From Candidatus Micrarchaeota archaeon (GTDB lineage Archaea; Micrarchaeota; Micrarchaeia; Micrarchaeales; CABMGC01), in assembly GCA_021850625.1 (NCBI GenBank), contig JAJZLJ010000023.1, forward strand, positions 10,219-74,218: a DNA stretch of 64,000 bases, read 5' to 3'. A program made the translations under genes and the position numbers. This document shows, piece after piece, positions 20,920 to 30,728 of this stretch. The notes under the pieces were generated by a model. The model had not been told where the DNA came from. It did not search any database and was given only the letters and a program-made list of their open reading frames with translations. The stretch's first letter is position 1. The number at the start of each line of letters is the position of its first letter.

Positions 20920-20922
20920 TAA

Positions 20923-21567
20923 ATGAGAAAAATAGTTATTCCAGGAGAATTAATAGATGAAAAACCACTTAGAATATTAGATTCTATAGTAGAAAACAAT
21001 AAAACATACTCTACAATAATGGGTTTATACGACGATGAAAAGAAAAGTCTTATTCCTTTAGAAGGATTATGGTATCCTAATAGAGATGATCAGGTTATAG
21101 GTATAATAGAGGAGTCAAAACTTAATACAGAAACAGTAATACTTAACGCTCCATATAAAGGACTTATAATCTCAAAATACTCAGAAGGAAAGATGGCAAG
21201 TGGCGACTTTATAGAAGCGTCTGTAAAGGAGTTGGATAAGACCGGAACTGTAATACTAACAAGACCAAGAACATTAAGAGGCGGAAAGATAATAAAAATA
21301 AAACCTTCAAAGATTAATAGGCTTCTTGGCAAAAACAACACAATGATAAGGCAGATAAGCGAGGGCACAGGCACACGAATAATTCCAGGCCTTAATGGAA
21401 TGATCTGGCTTAATGATGGAAACATAGACCTTGCAATAGATGCAATAAATACAGTATGTAAAGAGGCGCATACTTCTGGTCTAACTGAAAGGATAGGAAA
21501 TATGTTAAAATCTACAAAGTCAACAACCATAATAACCGAAGAAAAGGTAGAAGAAGAGATGATATAA
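20923..21567 (+). CDS. rrp4: Exosome RNA-binding subunit Rrp4
   Basis: IVIPGE, S1 and KH regions (GLNGMIW); operon context. Confidence 0.9.
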   Translation: MRKIVIPGELIDEKPLRILDSIVENNKTYSTIMGLYDDEKKSLIPLEGLWYPNRDDQVIGIIEESKLNTETVILNAPYKGLIISKYSEGKMASGDFIEASVKELDKTGTVILTRPRTLRGGKIIKIKPSKINRLLGKNNTMIRQISEGTGTRIIPGLNGMIWLNDGNIDLAIDAINTVCKEAHTSGLTERIGNMLKSTKSTTIITEEKVEEEMI

Positions 21568-22301
21568 TGAAAGGAAATATTGAGTTAATAAAAAATGGCA
21601 AAAGACTTGATGGAAGACTTGCCGGAGATTTAAGAGATATAAAAATCAAGACTAATGTAGTAAAGAATGCACAAGGTTCTGCATATATAGAATGGGGCAA
21701 CAACAAAATAATAGCAGCTGTTCATGGGCCTTCAGAGGCTTTGCCAAGACACACTGCCAATCCAAACAAAGCAGTTGTAAAGTGCAGATATATGATGGCA
21801 CCATTTTCATCAAGCGAGGAGCATGGACGCAGCGGAATGAACAGACGAGCAATAGAGATATCAAAGGTAACCGGAGAGGTATTTGAAAATGTCATACTAC
21901 GCGATCAATTTCCAGGAACCGAAATTAATCTTTATATAGAGGTTCTACAAAGCGACGGAGGTACTCGTGCAGCAGGAATAACCTGCGCCGCAGTAGCACT
22001 AGCTGCTTCTGGAATACCAATGCGCGATCTTCCCTACTCTGTTTCAGCAGGAAAGGTGGGAGACACAGTTATACTTGATCTTAATAAAATAGAGGATAAT
22101 TACTCAGATGCAGATATGCCTGTTGCAATTCTTCCACGAAACAACGAGATAGTGCTACTTCAGATGGATGGTTCCTTAACTACAAAACAATACTCAGACG
22201 CAATGGAGCTTATAATTGAATCAGGAAAGAAGATCTCTGCTATTCAGAGAACTGCCTTGCTAGAACCATATGTGGCTTCTGAAAATAAAAATAAAGGTTG
22301 A
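21567..22301 (+). CDS. rrp41: Exosome catalytic subunit Rrp41
   Basis: RLDGR, GSAYIEWG, QSDGGTR, EDNYSDADMP. Confidence 0.95.
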   Translation: MKGNIELIKNGKRLDGRLAGDLRDIKIKTNVVKNAQGSAYIEWGNNKIIAAVHGPSEALPRHTANPNKAVVKCRYMMAPFSSSEEHGRSGMNRRAIEISKVTGEVFENVILRDQFPGTEINLYIEVLQSDGGTRAAGITCAAVALAASGIPMRDLPYSVSAGKVGDTVILDLNKIEDNYSDADMPVAILPRNNEIVLLQMDGSLTTKQYSDAMELIIESGKKISAIQRTALLEPYVASENKNKG

Positions 22302-22305
22302 GTTT

Positions 22306-23082
22306 ATGCAAATGATAACTAAAGAATATTTAACCGGAAGACTTTCAAAAGGCTTAAGAGATGATAATAGAACACCATTCTCCTACAGAACAATATCAAT
22401 AAGAACCAACGAAATTCCTAATGCAGAGGGCTCTGCCATAGTAGAATTAGGAAATACAAAGGTTCTTGCGGGAATAAAACTTGATGTATCAGAGCCAATG
22501 CGTGATACACCTGAAGATGGAAATATAACTACCTCTGCAGAGCTATTGCCAATGGCAGATGAAAATTATGATATAGGACCTCCAACACCAATCGGAGTTG
22601 AGTTCGCTAGAGTTGTTGATAGAGGAATACGCGCAGCAGGAATACTAGATACCTCTAAATTATTCATAGAAGAAGGAAAGGTATGGAGCGTTTTTATAGA
22701 CCTATACGTGCTTAACAATGATGGAAACATCTTTGATGCAGGTACGCTTGCAGCAATGGCAGCACTCAAAACATGCAGAATGCCTAAATATGAGAACGGT
22801 TTAGTTATAAGAGAAACACAAGAAAGATTAACCACAAACAATATAGTTACATCCTGTACATTCGTAAAGGTTCCAGGAGCTAAAATTATAGATCCGACCT
22901 CTAACGAGGAGGAGCTTGCTGACGCTAGAATAACAATAGCTAATGATTTTGATGTAATTCGCGCAATGCAAAAGGGCATGTCTGGAGCGTTCACGACAAA
23001 GGAAGTTAATGAATTAATAGAAACTACCTTCGATAAATCAAAAGAGCTTGTAAATATACTTAAAAAGAATACCGGTGATTGA
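22306..23082 (+). CDS. rrp42: Exosome subunit Rrp42
   Basis: AEGSAIVELGNTKV, ARVVDRGIR, NNDGNIFD. Confidence 0.95.
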   Translation: MQMITKEYLTGRLSKGLRDDNRTPFSYRTISIRTNEIPNAEGSAIVELGNTKVLAGIKLDVSEPMRDTPEDGNITTSAELLPMADENYDIGPPTPIGVEFARVVDRGIRAAGILDTSKLFIEEGKVWSVFIDLYVLNNDGNIFDAGTLAAMAALKTCRMPKYENGLVIRETQERLTTNNIVTSCTFVKVPGAKIIDPTSNEEELADARITIANDFDVIRAMQKGMSGAFTTKEVNELIETTFDKSKELVNILKKNTGD

Positions 23083-23313
23083 TTGGCAAATAAAAGCATA
23101 AGATACGGAGTCAACCTAAGAAAAAGGGAGGCATCTGTAATAAAACAGAAAAATACAAAGTATAAGTGCGATGTATGTGGCAAGGAAGCCGTAAAAAGAG
23201 TTAATGTAGCTATATGGAATTGCAGTTACTGCAACGCCACCTTTGCTGGAGGCGCATATACCTATAAGACCTCAAGCGGAGATACTGCAAAGAAGATACT
23301 CGGAAGAAATTAA
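23083..23313 (+). CDS. rpl37ae: 50S ribosomal protein L37Ae (eL43)
   Basis: RYGVNLR, CDVC..CSYC, FAGGAY. Confidence 0.95.
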   Translation: MANKSIRYGVNLRKREASVIKQKNTKYKCDVCGKEAVKRVNVAIWNCSYCNATFAGGAYTYKTSSGDTAKKILGRN

Positions 23314-23321
23314 ATGATTAT

Positions 23322-23681
23322 ATGGTAAAAATAACCTTTTCTCCAATAACCGAGCTCGTAATACACGAGACAGTAGAGGTTGAAAAGGAGGATCTTCTTC
23401 GTGAAAGGGTTACTCCATCAGGAACAATGCCTCTTTATTGGTGTAATGGGATTCTTTTTAGTTTTTCATCACTACCTATGAGCGAGGAGGTTGTAAAGGA
23501 TTATCTTAACGGTAAGGTTCATTGGCTTGAGATACATTACGCAAAGGAGGAGCGCTACACCCCAATATTATCATTAAGCGAGGAAGAATACAAAACAACT
23601 ATGAATGTAAGAATAATAGATACCTCAAAATCTCAACTTCATAAAGAGCTTACTAAATGGCTAAAAACTATTAAAAAGTGA
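23322..23681 (+). CDS. Hypothetical protein inside exosome superoperon
   Basis: Tightly packed between rpl37ae and rpoP. Confidence 0.8.
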   Translation: MVKITFSPITELVIHETVEVEKEDLLRERVTPSGTMPLYWCNGILFSFSSLPMSEEVVKDYLNGKVHWLEIHYAKEERYTPILSLSEEEYKTTMNVRIIDTSKSQLHKELTKWLKTIKK

Positions 23682-23685
23682 TTAA

Positions 23686-23820
23686 ATGGTATATGTTTGC
23701 ATGCATTGCGGAAAAGAACTCAAAGCACTTGAAAAAAACAGTATTCGTTGCCCTTATTGTGGCTATCGTGTTCTAGTAAAAAAGAGATCTACGCTTGCTA
23801 AAACCGTAAGTACAGATTAA
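23686..23820 (+). CDS. rpoP: RNA polymerase subunit P (Rpo12); not in ORF track
   Basis: Translates MVYVCMHCGKELKALEKNSIRCPYCGYRVLVKKRSTLAKTVSTD; AGTGA SD. Confidence 0.95.
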   Translation: MVYVCMHCGKELKALEKNSIRCPYCGYRVLVKKRSTLAKTVSTD

Positions 23821-23871
23821 AAAGAAGAATAAAAAATAAAAGAAAAATATACTCTGAGAAGAGTATAAACT

Positions 23872-24105
23872 TTACTTTCCTGCTACAATATTTTCTGACA
23901 CGCTTTTTACTCTTTTGTAAGCAACACTTCCGGTTCTTAACTCTGTTCTAGGATCAACGCTTCTCAAGAGCTTTTCAGGGTCGTTTATTAAAAGATGTGA
24001 GATACCTCCATCTTCGAAGTTAAGCATAACTCCCTTTACCTCTCCTATAATCCTGCCTTCAGTTGAGATTATCTTTTTTCCATATAACTCAGATATCTTG
24101 ACCAT
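23872..24105 (-). CDS. PRC-barrel domain protein (CdpB-like)
   Basis: ISELYGKKIISTEGRIIGEVKGV..VAYKRVKSVSENI. Confidence 0.85.
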   Translation of the reverse strand: MVKISELYGKKIISTEGRIIGEVKGVMLNFEDGGISHLLINDPEKLLRSVDPRTELRTGSVAYKRVKSVSENIVAGK

Positions 24106-24116
24106 TTTATCACTAT

Positions 24117-24665
24117 TTAAATTCTATTTATTCTTTTAGATGCAAAAATTCTTATTATGTTCTCATTTAATGTTTTAATGAACTTCTCTCTATCTTGCTT
24201 CATTTCTGCCATTTCACTCTCATCAAAAAAGTCCATATGTTCATCTACGAGGCATTCTAAATATCTCTTTGTAAGTGAGTAAGATCTCTGTCCGCAGCTT
24301 TCACACTTGAAAATAGGAAGTACTGGTATCTCGACAATATTCCAAGGTTCAACAAACTCAAGCTCCCTATATAATACCCCTCCGCAGGATCTACATGTTT
24401 TGTTAATGCTTGTTTTTTTCATATCTTTTTTCTCTATTATTTCATAATTATCTCCGAAGTTACTTAAAAGCAGTTCAGGTATTGTGCCTCCCTTTATGTA
24501 TTTTTGTGATATAACACCTTCGTTATAGGAAAATTCACTTACAAGAACTCCTTTATCTGTTCTTTCAAAAATAGAAAATAGCTTCTCATCATTTTTTATG
24601 TAGTTATCTGTTATATACCTGCCCTCGCCTTTTTTATAAAGAAGAAGTTTAGGCATCAGAATCAT
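24117..24665 (-). CDS. Zn-ribbon hypothetical protein
   Basis: CRSC..CESC; overlaps the histone gene end. Confidence 0.7.
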   Translation of the reverse strand: MILMPKLLLYKKGEGRYITDNYIKNDEKLFSIFERTDKGVLVSEFSYNEGVISQKYIKGGTIPELLLSNFGDNYEIIEKKDMKKTSINKTCRSCGGVLYRELEFVEPWNIVEIPVLPIFKCESCGQRSYSLTKRYLECLVDEHMDFFDESEMAEMKQDREKFIKTLNENIIRIFASKRINRI

Positions 24666-24864
24666 TTATTATATACTTTTTAATGTCTTCCCTAGTTACC
24701 TTGCTTCTTCCTTTGTTCTTTGCGTTGTTAACGGCAAATTTAGATATATCGTTGGCTTTTTTTTCAAGTATTTGAGCAAGCTCGTCTGCACCATCCTCGG
24801 TTATTGTAGCCCCGAAGTAACTTTTAACCAGTTTCTTTATAGAACTTTTAGGTATTTTAGCCAT
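24649..24864 (-). CDS. Archaeal histone (HMf-like fold, divergent)
   Basis: IPKSSIKKLVK..A..LAQILE..A.NAKNKGRSKVTREDI. Confidence 0.85.
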   Translation of the reverse strand: MAKIPKSSIKKLVKSYFGATITEDGADELAQILEKKANDISKFAVNNAKNKGRSKVTREDIKKYIINDSDA

Positions 24865-25101
24865 TCAAATCAGCACTCAAGATCTTCATCATTTAATCAG
24901 AAGTATTAAGCTCATCACATATATTATTAAATAGAGAAAATATATATTTATAATTCTTTTTTATTTTTTATTATTATATCTCAAATCTGTTCTTTTTAAT
25001 ACAAATTTTATATATTAATATTTTTGACATTATTAATATAAAACATAACTTCTTTAGAAAGCTATAAATAAACAAAAAACCAAAATATTAGCGGTGTTAA
25101 A

Positions 25102-25416
25102 ATGTTAGATGTAACAGATAAGAGTTTTGAACAAGAAGTTTTAAAATCGAAAACCCCAGTTATTGTTGATTTTTGGGCTCCATGGTGTGGTCCATGCAGA
25201 ATTTTTTCTCCTATAATAGAAGAGGCAGAAAAAGAGTTCCCTGGAAAAGTAAAGTTTGCAAAGTTAAATACAGATGATAATCAGGAAACAGCAGGAAAGT
25301 TTAACATAATGAGCATACCTACTGTTCTTTTGTTTATAAATGGTCAGGTAAAGGCTACCTCTGTAGGTGCTCTTCCAAAAGAAAGCTTCAAGAAATGGAT
25401 TGAGAAAAATATATAA
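25102..25416 (+). CDS. trxA: Thioredoxin
   Basis: WCGPC. Confidence 0.97.
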   Translation: MLDVTDKSFEQEVLKSKTPVIVDFWAPWCGPCRIFSPIIEEAEKEFPGKVKFAKLNTDDNQETAGKFNIMSIPTVLLFINGQVKATSVGALPKESFKKWIEKNI

Positions 25417-25425
25417 CTTGATTAA

Positions 25426-26703
25426 ATGGCATCACTTCCAAGAGGAACCTCTGACTTTGCTCCTGAAGATGCAATACTTCTGAAAGAAACAATAGAAAAG
25501 ATAGAGAATATTTATCGCCTCTATGGTTTCTATCCTTTAGAAACTCCTGCGATAGAGCTTATGGAAACGTTGACCTCAAAAGCATACGGTGAGGAAAATT
25601 CTAAAGAATTATTTGTCATAGAAGGCGGAACAGAAGGATTGAGATATGATCTTACTGTTCCTCTTGCAAGATATATATCAATGAATAAAGATACAGTACT
25701 TCCATTCAAGCGTTATCAAATTGGTACGGTATGGAGAATGGACGAGCCGCAGAAAATGCGCTATAGGGAGTTTTTTCAAGCAGACATAGATATAATAGGA
25801 AACGCAGAAATAACCGCAGAGGTCGAACTTATAACAGCTACATGCCGTGCTCTAAATATTATAGATATCAAAAATTTTGATATTTTAATAAATAGCAGGG
25901 TAGTGCTAGGCGGCATTCTTGATTCATTCGGAGTCAAACCAGAACTTCACATCTCTATAATGCGTATAATAGATAAACTTCCAAAGATAGGCAAGGAGGA
26001 AACAAAAAGGCAAATAATAGCAAGTGGCATAACCGATAGTAATGCTACTGAGCTACTAGAGCTTGTACTATCTGATGTGGAAAATGAAGAGAAGCTTGCT
26101 ATCCTTTCAAAGAAGCTAAATGATTGTAAAGCGGAGATTAGCAATCTCTCCAAGCTCATAGAACTACTCAAAAAGCAAGATATAAAAAATAAGATTATAG
26201 TAGATTTATCTCTTGCAAGAGGAATGGATTATTATACTGGTATTATATGGGAGTTTATTGTTACCGAGAATGATAAACGTCTTCCCACAATTGCTTCTGG
26301 CGGTAGATATGATAAATTAATAGGCAATTATCTTAAACGAGATATTCCTGCGGTTGGTTCTTCAATAGGCATAACAAGAGTATTTCCTCTATTAAAAAAT
26401 AAAAAAATAAGAACATATGCCAAAACATATGTGATATATATAGGGAAGGAAAATTCTGAGTATGCACTAGGAATAGCTGATATTTTACGTAAAAATAATA
26501 TATCTACTGACATGAATCTTCTAGAACGGGGGATAACCAAGCAACTTGATTATGCAAATGCATTAAAAATACCCTATGTTTTAATAGCAGGAAATATTGA
26601 AAGAACTGCAAACAAGGTAAAATTACGAGACATGTCTTCTGGCAAAGAAGAATTATTAGATATCAACGAAATAATAACTATTCTAAAAACAAAAAATATG
26701 TGA
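25426..26703 (+). CDS. hisS: Histidine--tRNA ligase
   Basis: LRYDLTVP, RYREFFQAD, ARGMDYYTG, GGRYD. Confidence 0.97.
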   Translation: MASLPRGTSDFAPEDAILLKETIEKIENIYRLYGFYPLETPAIELMETLTSKAYGEENSKELFVIEGGTEGLRYDLTVPLARYISMNKDTVLPFKRYQIGTVWRMDEPQKMRYREFFQADIDIIGNAEITAEVELITATCRALNIIDIKNFDILINSRVVLGGILDSFGVKPELHISIMRIIDKLPKIGKEETKRQIIASGITDSNATELLELVLSDVENEEKLAILSKKLNDCKAEISNLSKLIELLKKQDIKNKIIVDLSLARGMDYYTGIIWEFIVTENDKRLPTIASGGRYDKLIGNYLKRDIPAVGSSIGITRVFPLLKNKKIRTYAKTYVIYIGKENSEYALGIADILRKNNISTDMNLLERGITKQLDYANALKIPYVLIAGNIERTANKVKLRDMSSGKEELLDINEIITILKTKNM

Positions 26704-26707
26704 TATT

Positions 26708-27217
26708 ATGCCTAAATCAGAGGTAAACGAGGTAACTGAAAAGACCATACATAAAGGTGGTATATTAACAAAGCTTTATTTTGACATGCAAAGCAGCAAT
26801 GAAGCGGAGTTGCAGCCTTTAATGACAGATTTAATTAATAATAAGCTCATGAAATCGGCTGGAGTTGTATACTGCTTTGGTAGTATAGACGAAACTATAA
26901 AATTAGATACGGTATATTCAACAAGCGCAATAGTAACTACCTTATTTACAGATCTTGGCGCCTTGATAAATGCTGTTTTTAATTTTGCTCCTGCAGGCAT
27001 AGAGATTTTAAAACCAGAAAATGAACTTGTTATAAAGACAAATCAGTTACAATCTGTAATGCTCTCTTTATCCGAGATCTCTGTTGACTACTCCAAATAC
27101 ATATTAGAAAGAGTGCTAAAGAAAGAGGAATACGAAAAAGTAATGCTTGATCTAAAGGCTAGAGAAGAGTTAGGTAAAAAATTAATAGGGAAAAAAGAAG
27201 CAGAAGAGAAAAAATAA
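26708..27217 (+). CDS. Hypothetical protein co-transcribed with hisS
   Basis: Starts 4 nt after hisS; TGTGA SD. Confidence 0.8.
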   Translation: MPKSEVNEVTEKTIHKGGILTKLYFDMQSSNEAELQPLMTDLINNKLMKSAGVVYCFGSIDETIKLDTVYSTSAIVTTLFTDLGALINAVFNFAPAGIEILKPENELVIKTNQLQSVMLSLSEISVDYSKYILERVLKKEEYEKVMLDLKAREELGKKLIGKKEAEEKK

Positions 27218-27226
27218 TAATATACT

Positions 27227-27312
27227 GCGCCAGTCATCTAGCCTGGTAGGATACGAGCTTCCCAATATCTAGGAATAAGCTCGACGCTCGGGTTCAAATC
27301 CCGACTGGCGCA
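27227..27312 (+). tRNA. tRNA-Gly(CCC) with 13-nt intron at 37/38 (27265-27277)
   Basis: GCGCCAG/CTGGCGC acceptor, CGAGC/GCTCG anticodon stem, TCGGG-TTCAAAT-CCCGA T arm; TTCC/GGAA central helix with CAA and TAA bulges. Confidence 0.93.
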
Positions 27313-27413
27313 TAATTGAATTATAATTTCTTGAAAAAGAATTATTTTCCTAATTAAAAATTCATCTAAAATTATTTATTAATTATTATTTATATTTTAT
27401 TTTTCAACTGTCT

Positions 27414-28247
27414 CTATCCTTTCCTTATTTTTCTTCCAATTGCTTTGGCTACAACCCTTGCATCATCCATAAGCTCTCCGAACTCTTCTATGCTGAGCTG
27501 CTGCTCCTTATCGCTAAGGGCCTTTTCAGGATTATTATGAACCTCTATCTCAAGCATATCTGCTCCGGCAGCTATTGCTGCAAGCGCAAAATCCTTTACA
27601 AACTCTTTTCTTCCTGCAGCATGGCTCGGATCAACTGCTATTGGAAGTCTTGAACTTTCTTTAGCAACTACTATAGCACCAATATCCATAGAAAATCTCG
27701 TAGCATTTTCTATACTTCTCGTACCTCTGTAGCATAGTATTACATTGTCATTTCCATTTGAAAGAATATACTCAGAAGACATAAGCCATTCGTTTACTGT
27801 TGTTCCTAATCCATTTTTCAACAGAACCGGCTTTTTCTGCATTCCTAATTTTTTCAACATGTCAAAATTCTGTGCGTTTCTTGCTCCTACTTGTATTAAA
27901 TCAACTTTTTCTGAGTAAAGCTCTATAAGTTCTGTATTCATAATTTCTGTTACTATCGGCATATTTAATTTTTTACCTACATTTTGAAGTATTTCCAAAC
28001 CTTCAACGCCTAAACCTTGAAAAGAATATGGGGAGGTCCTTGGTTTGAAAGCGCCGCCTCTTAACAAGCTTGCTCCAGCTTTACTAACACCTTTTGCAGT
28101 TTCGAGCATCTGTTCTTTACTTTCAACTGAACATGGGCCTGCAATAATAAGTATTTCATTTCCATGCACTAAACGTTCGCCTATACTAAATCTCTTATCT
28201 GTTTTTTCAAACTCTCTTGAAAATCTATATTTATTTTTATTAATCAT
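27414..28247 (-). CDS. aroF: DAHP synthase, class I-beta
   Basis: [38 protein letters not shown]. Confidence 0.92.
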   Translation of the reverse strand: MINKNKYRFSREFEKTDKRFSIGERLVHGNEILIIAGPCSVESKEQMLETAKGVSKAGASLLRGGAFKPRTSPYSFQGLGVEGLEILQNVGKKLNMPIVTEIMNTELIELYSEKVDLIQVGARNAQNFDMLKKLGMQKKPVLLKNGLGTTVNEWLMSSEYILSNGNDNVILCYRGTRSIENATRFSMDIGAIVVAKESSRLPIAVDPSHAAGRKEFVKDFALAAIAAGADMLEIEVHNNPEKALSDKEQQLSIEEFGELMDDARVVAKAIGRKIRKG

Positions 28248-28533
28248 AAAAAACAATCTTTTTCAATTCTTTGTGTTTTTCAACAAAATACGTTATGTAT
28301 TCACAATCTGGCTTAACCAAAAGCTTATTCTTTTTTGCGAAATCAAACGCAGCAAAGGCCATTAGTTCAGCAATTCCCCTTCCTCTTTCAGAAGTTGGCA
28401 CAAAGGTGTGATACATACTAATTGTATTTGTTTTTTTATCAATTAAATAGAGCAGCTCTGCTTCTCCAGAAGGGGTAACTATATAAAAACGACCAGGAAC
28501 ATGTACAATGTTCTCCTTAACTATTTTATCCAT
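28240..28533 (-). CDS. Small GNAT-like acetyltransferase (YjdJ-like)
   Basis: [23 protein letters not shown]. Confidence 0.85.
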   Translation of the reverse strand: MDKIVKENIVHVPGRFYIVTPSGEAELLYLIDKKTNTISMYHTFVPTSERGRGIAELMAFAAFDFAKKNKLLVKPDCEYITYFVEKHKELKKIVFYD

Positions 28534-28593
28534 ACTGTAAATATTACTAACAAATCCTTATAAATACTATTTTGCATATATTACTGTGTTAAA

Positions 28594-29493
28594 ATGGATA
28601 TTCCAAAACTATTAACAGAAAGTTTTAATGATATTATTTCAAACCCAAAGGCACTTTTACCAACATTTTTATTATCTGCAATTATAATAGTTCTAATTGC
28701 TATTACAATTATTTTATTTTATTCGCAGACAATTTTACCATCTATAAATCTTTTTATAAGCGCGCCTACAACTTTTTTTAATGGGCAACAATTTCCGGTA
28801 ATTCTTAAAATATTACTTGAAATAATTTTAGTGTTTACTGTACTGCTATTCTTCATGGGAATCTTGCTTAACGGGATAATTGTTGCCATAGGGAAGCAAC
28901 TCGCGAACAAAGAAAAACTCAACCTTACTATTGCATTTCGTCTTGTAGAAAGCAGATATCTTAAATTACTAGGCGGCGGTTTTCTTTCAATGTTGATAAT
29001 GTTATTGATTTTGGGTTTACCTCTGCTCTTTGTTTTGTTTCTTTTGGTTTCATATCTATCTATTTCTGTTATTTTGTTATCAATGATTATTTTACTAATA
29101 CTTTTCTTATTTTATATAGTTTTTTCAATTTATCTTTATCAAGTGACTGCAGTAATAATAATAGAAAATAAAGGACCAATAGCCGCAATACAGCGAAGTT
29201 TTGAGATAGCATCTAAAAATCGCATTAATATTTTCATACTTCTAGTACTCATTTCATTAATATCTGGATTTACGAGCTTTATAATTGACTTTTTAATTAT
29301 AGTGCCATTTCTTGGAATAGTAATTGGAATAATAATAAATATTTTCATCTCAGTATGGTTTGGGATAATTCCTGCATATTTTTATTATACTATAAATTCA
29401 GTAAAAAAACCTACTGATATCAAAATCAAAAAAACAGCAATTAAAACTCCTGCTAAAACGACAACAAACGGCAAATCACAAAAAAATATCTGA
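28594..29493 (+). CDS. Multi-pass membrane protein
   Basis: About 6 TM; IIIENKGPIAAIQRSFEI pattern. Confidence 0.75.
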   Translation: MDIPKLLTESFNDIISNPKALLPTFLLSAIIIVLIAITIILFYSQTILPSINLFISAPTTFFNGQQFPVILKILLEIILVFTVLLFFMGILLNGIIVAIGKQLANKEKLNLTIAFRLVESRYLKLLGGGFLSMLIMLLILGLPLLFVLFLLVSYLSISVILLSMIILLILFLFYIVFSIYLYQVTAVIIIENKGPIAAIQRSFEIASKNRINIFILLVLISLISGFTSFIIDFLIIVPFLGIVIGIIINIFISVWFGIIPAYFYYTINSVKKPTDIKIKKTAIKTPAKTTTNGKSQKNI

Positions 29494-29517
29494 TCTTTTT
29501 ATTTTTTAATCTCAAAC

Positions 29518-30618
29518 TCAAATAGATTTTCTAAGTATAATATTCTTTATAATCTTCTTCGGACTGTCCATATCTCCATACTCACTCAAAAAAGAGCTCA
29601 TGCCTAAATTATTAAGTAGACGTATGGTAAGACCAAGGCCTTTTTCACTAGAAGTAGAATAAAACCTATTTAATAAGGCATGAACCCTCGTATCAAAAAC
29701 ATATTTTTTTCTATATATCTTCTGATAATCCAAAAGACGCCCAACACCATTCATATATTTATAGACTATCTCTGAAGCAATAATTGCAGCATTTCCTCCA
29801 AAAACGATGCCTCCACCAGTAGAAGGTTTTACCTGTCCTGCTGCGTCTCCTATTAAAATGACACCATTTTTTTCATCTACTATATTTTTTCTGAGTTTCA
29901 TTGGTATTATACTCGCATGTTCACTTAAGAGTTCTGCATTTTCTATAATTTTAGATATCTCTTTTTTCATTATGAATCTTTCAAACGCCATTTTACTGTT
30001 GAATCTTCCAGGATTTATCCCTATACCTACCTCAAGTATTTTTTGTGAGTTTGGGCAGATCCATCCGAAAAGCCCTTTTAATATCTCGCTATCAAAAAAA
30101 AGATCAACGCTTTCAAGGTCTGTTAATTTTTTATTATACTCTGCTTTATATGTTAAAACATAACTTTCAACATTTCCCATCTCAAAATGTCTTGCAACTT
30201 GTGATACTGCTCCATCAGCGCCAACTATTATGCCTCCATCTTTTAAATGATCCAATTCTTCACCATTTATTCTTCTGCCCAATGTTATTTTTACACCTGC
30301 TGACCGCGCTTCTTTAAGTAATATATCATTTAACCTTTCTCTGTCAAGTACATTTGCTATTGGCTTTTTTGCTCGTATTCGCATTATCTCTTTTCCAGCA
30401 TGCAGTCTTGCCCCATACAACGTATTTGTTACTGCCTTCTCATATTTTATTTTTATAGAGTTAAGTCCATTTATTGATATTATTCCAGAAGCGCTTGAAG
30501 GATATCCTGGTCTCTTTTTTTGATCAAAAACCTCTACATCTATCCCTTTCATTGCTAATTCTCTAGCCATTATCAATCCGGCAGTGCCTGCGCCTATTAT
30601 AAAAACCCTTTTTTTCAT
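29518..30618 (-). CDS. Geranylgeranyl reductase-family FAD oxidoreductase
   Basis: GAGTAG, VGADG, GWICP, IGDAAGQVKPSTGGGI. Confidence 0.9.
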   Translation of the reverse strand: MKKRVFIIGAGTAGLIMARELAMKGIDVEVFDQKKRPGYPSSASGIISINGLNSIKIKYEKAVTNTLYGARLHAGKEIMRIRAKKPIANVLDRERLNDILLKEARSAGVKITLGRRINGEELDHLKDGGIIVGADGAVSQVARHFEMGNVESYVLTYKAEYNKKLTDLESVDLFFDSEILKGLFGWICPNSQKILEVGIGINPGRFNSKMAFERFIMKKEISKIIENAELLSEHASIIPMKLRKNIVDEKNGVILIGDAAGQVKPSTGGGIVFGGNAAIIASEIVYKYMNGVGRLLDYQKIYRKKYVFDTRVHALLNRFYSTSSEKGLGLTIRLLNNLGMSSFLSEYGDMDSPKKIIKNIILRKSI

Positions 30619-30728
30619 AAACCAAAACCAAAACAAATCTTTATTAATCTTTACTTTAAAATATCTACTATATTTTAGTTTTACAAATTTAATAATTTAT
30701 CTGTTAAATATGGTTTATTGTGGATTAA

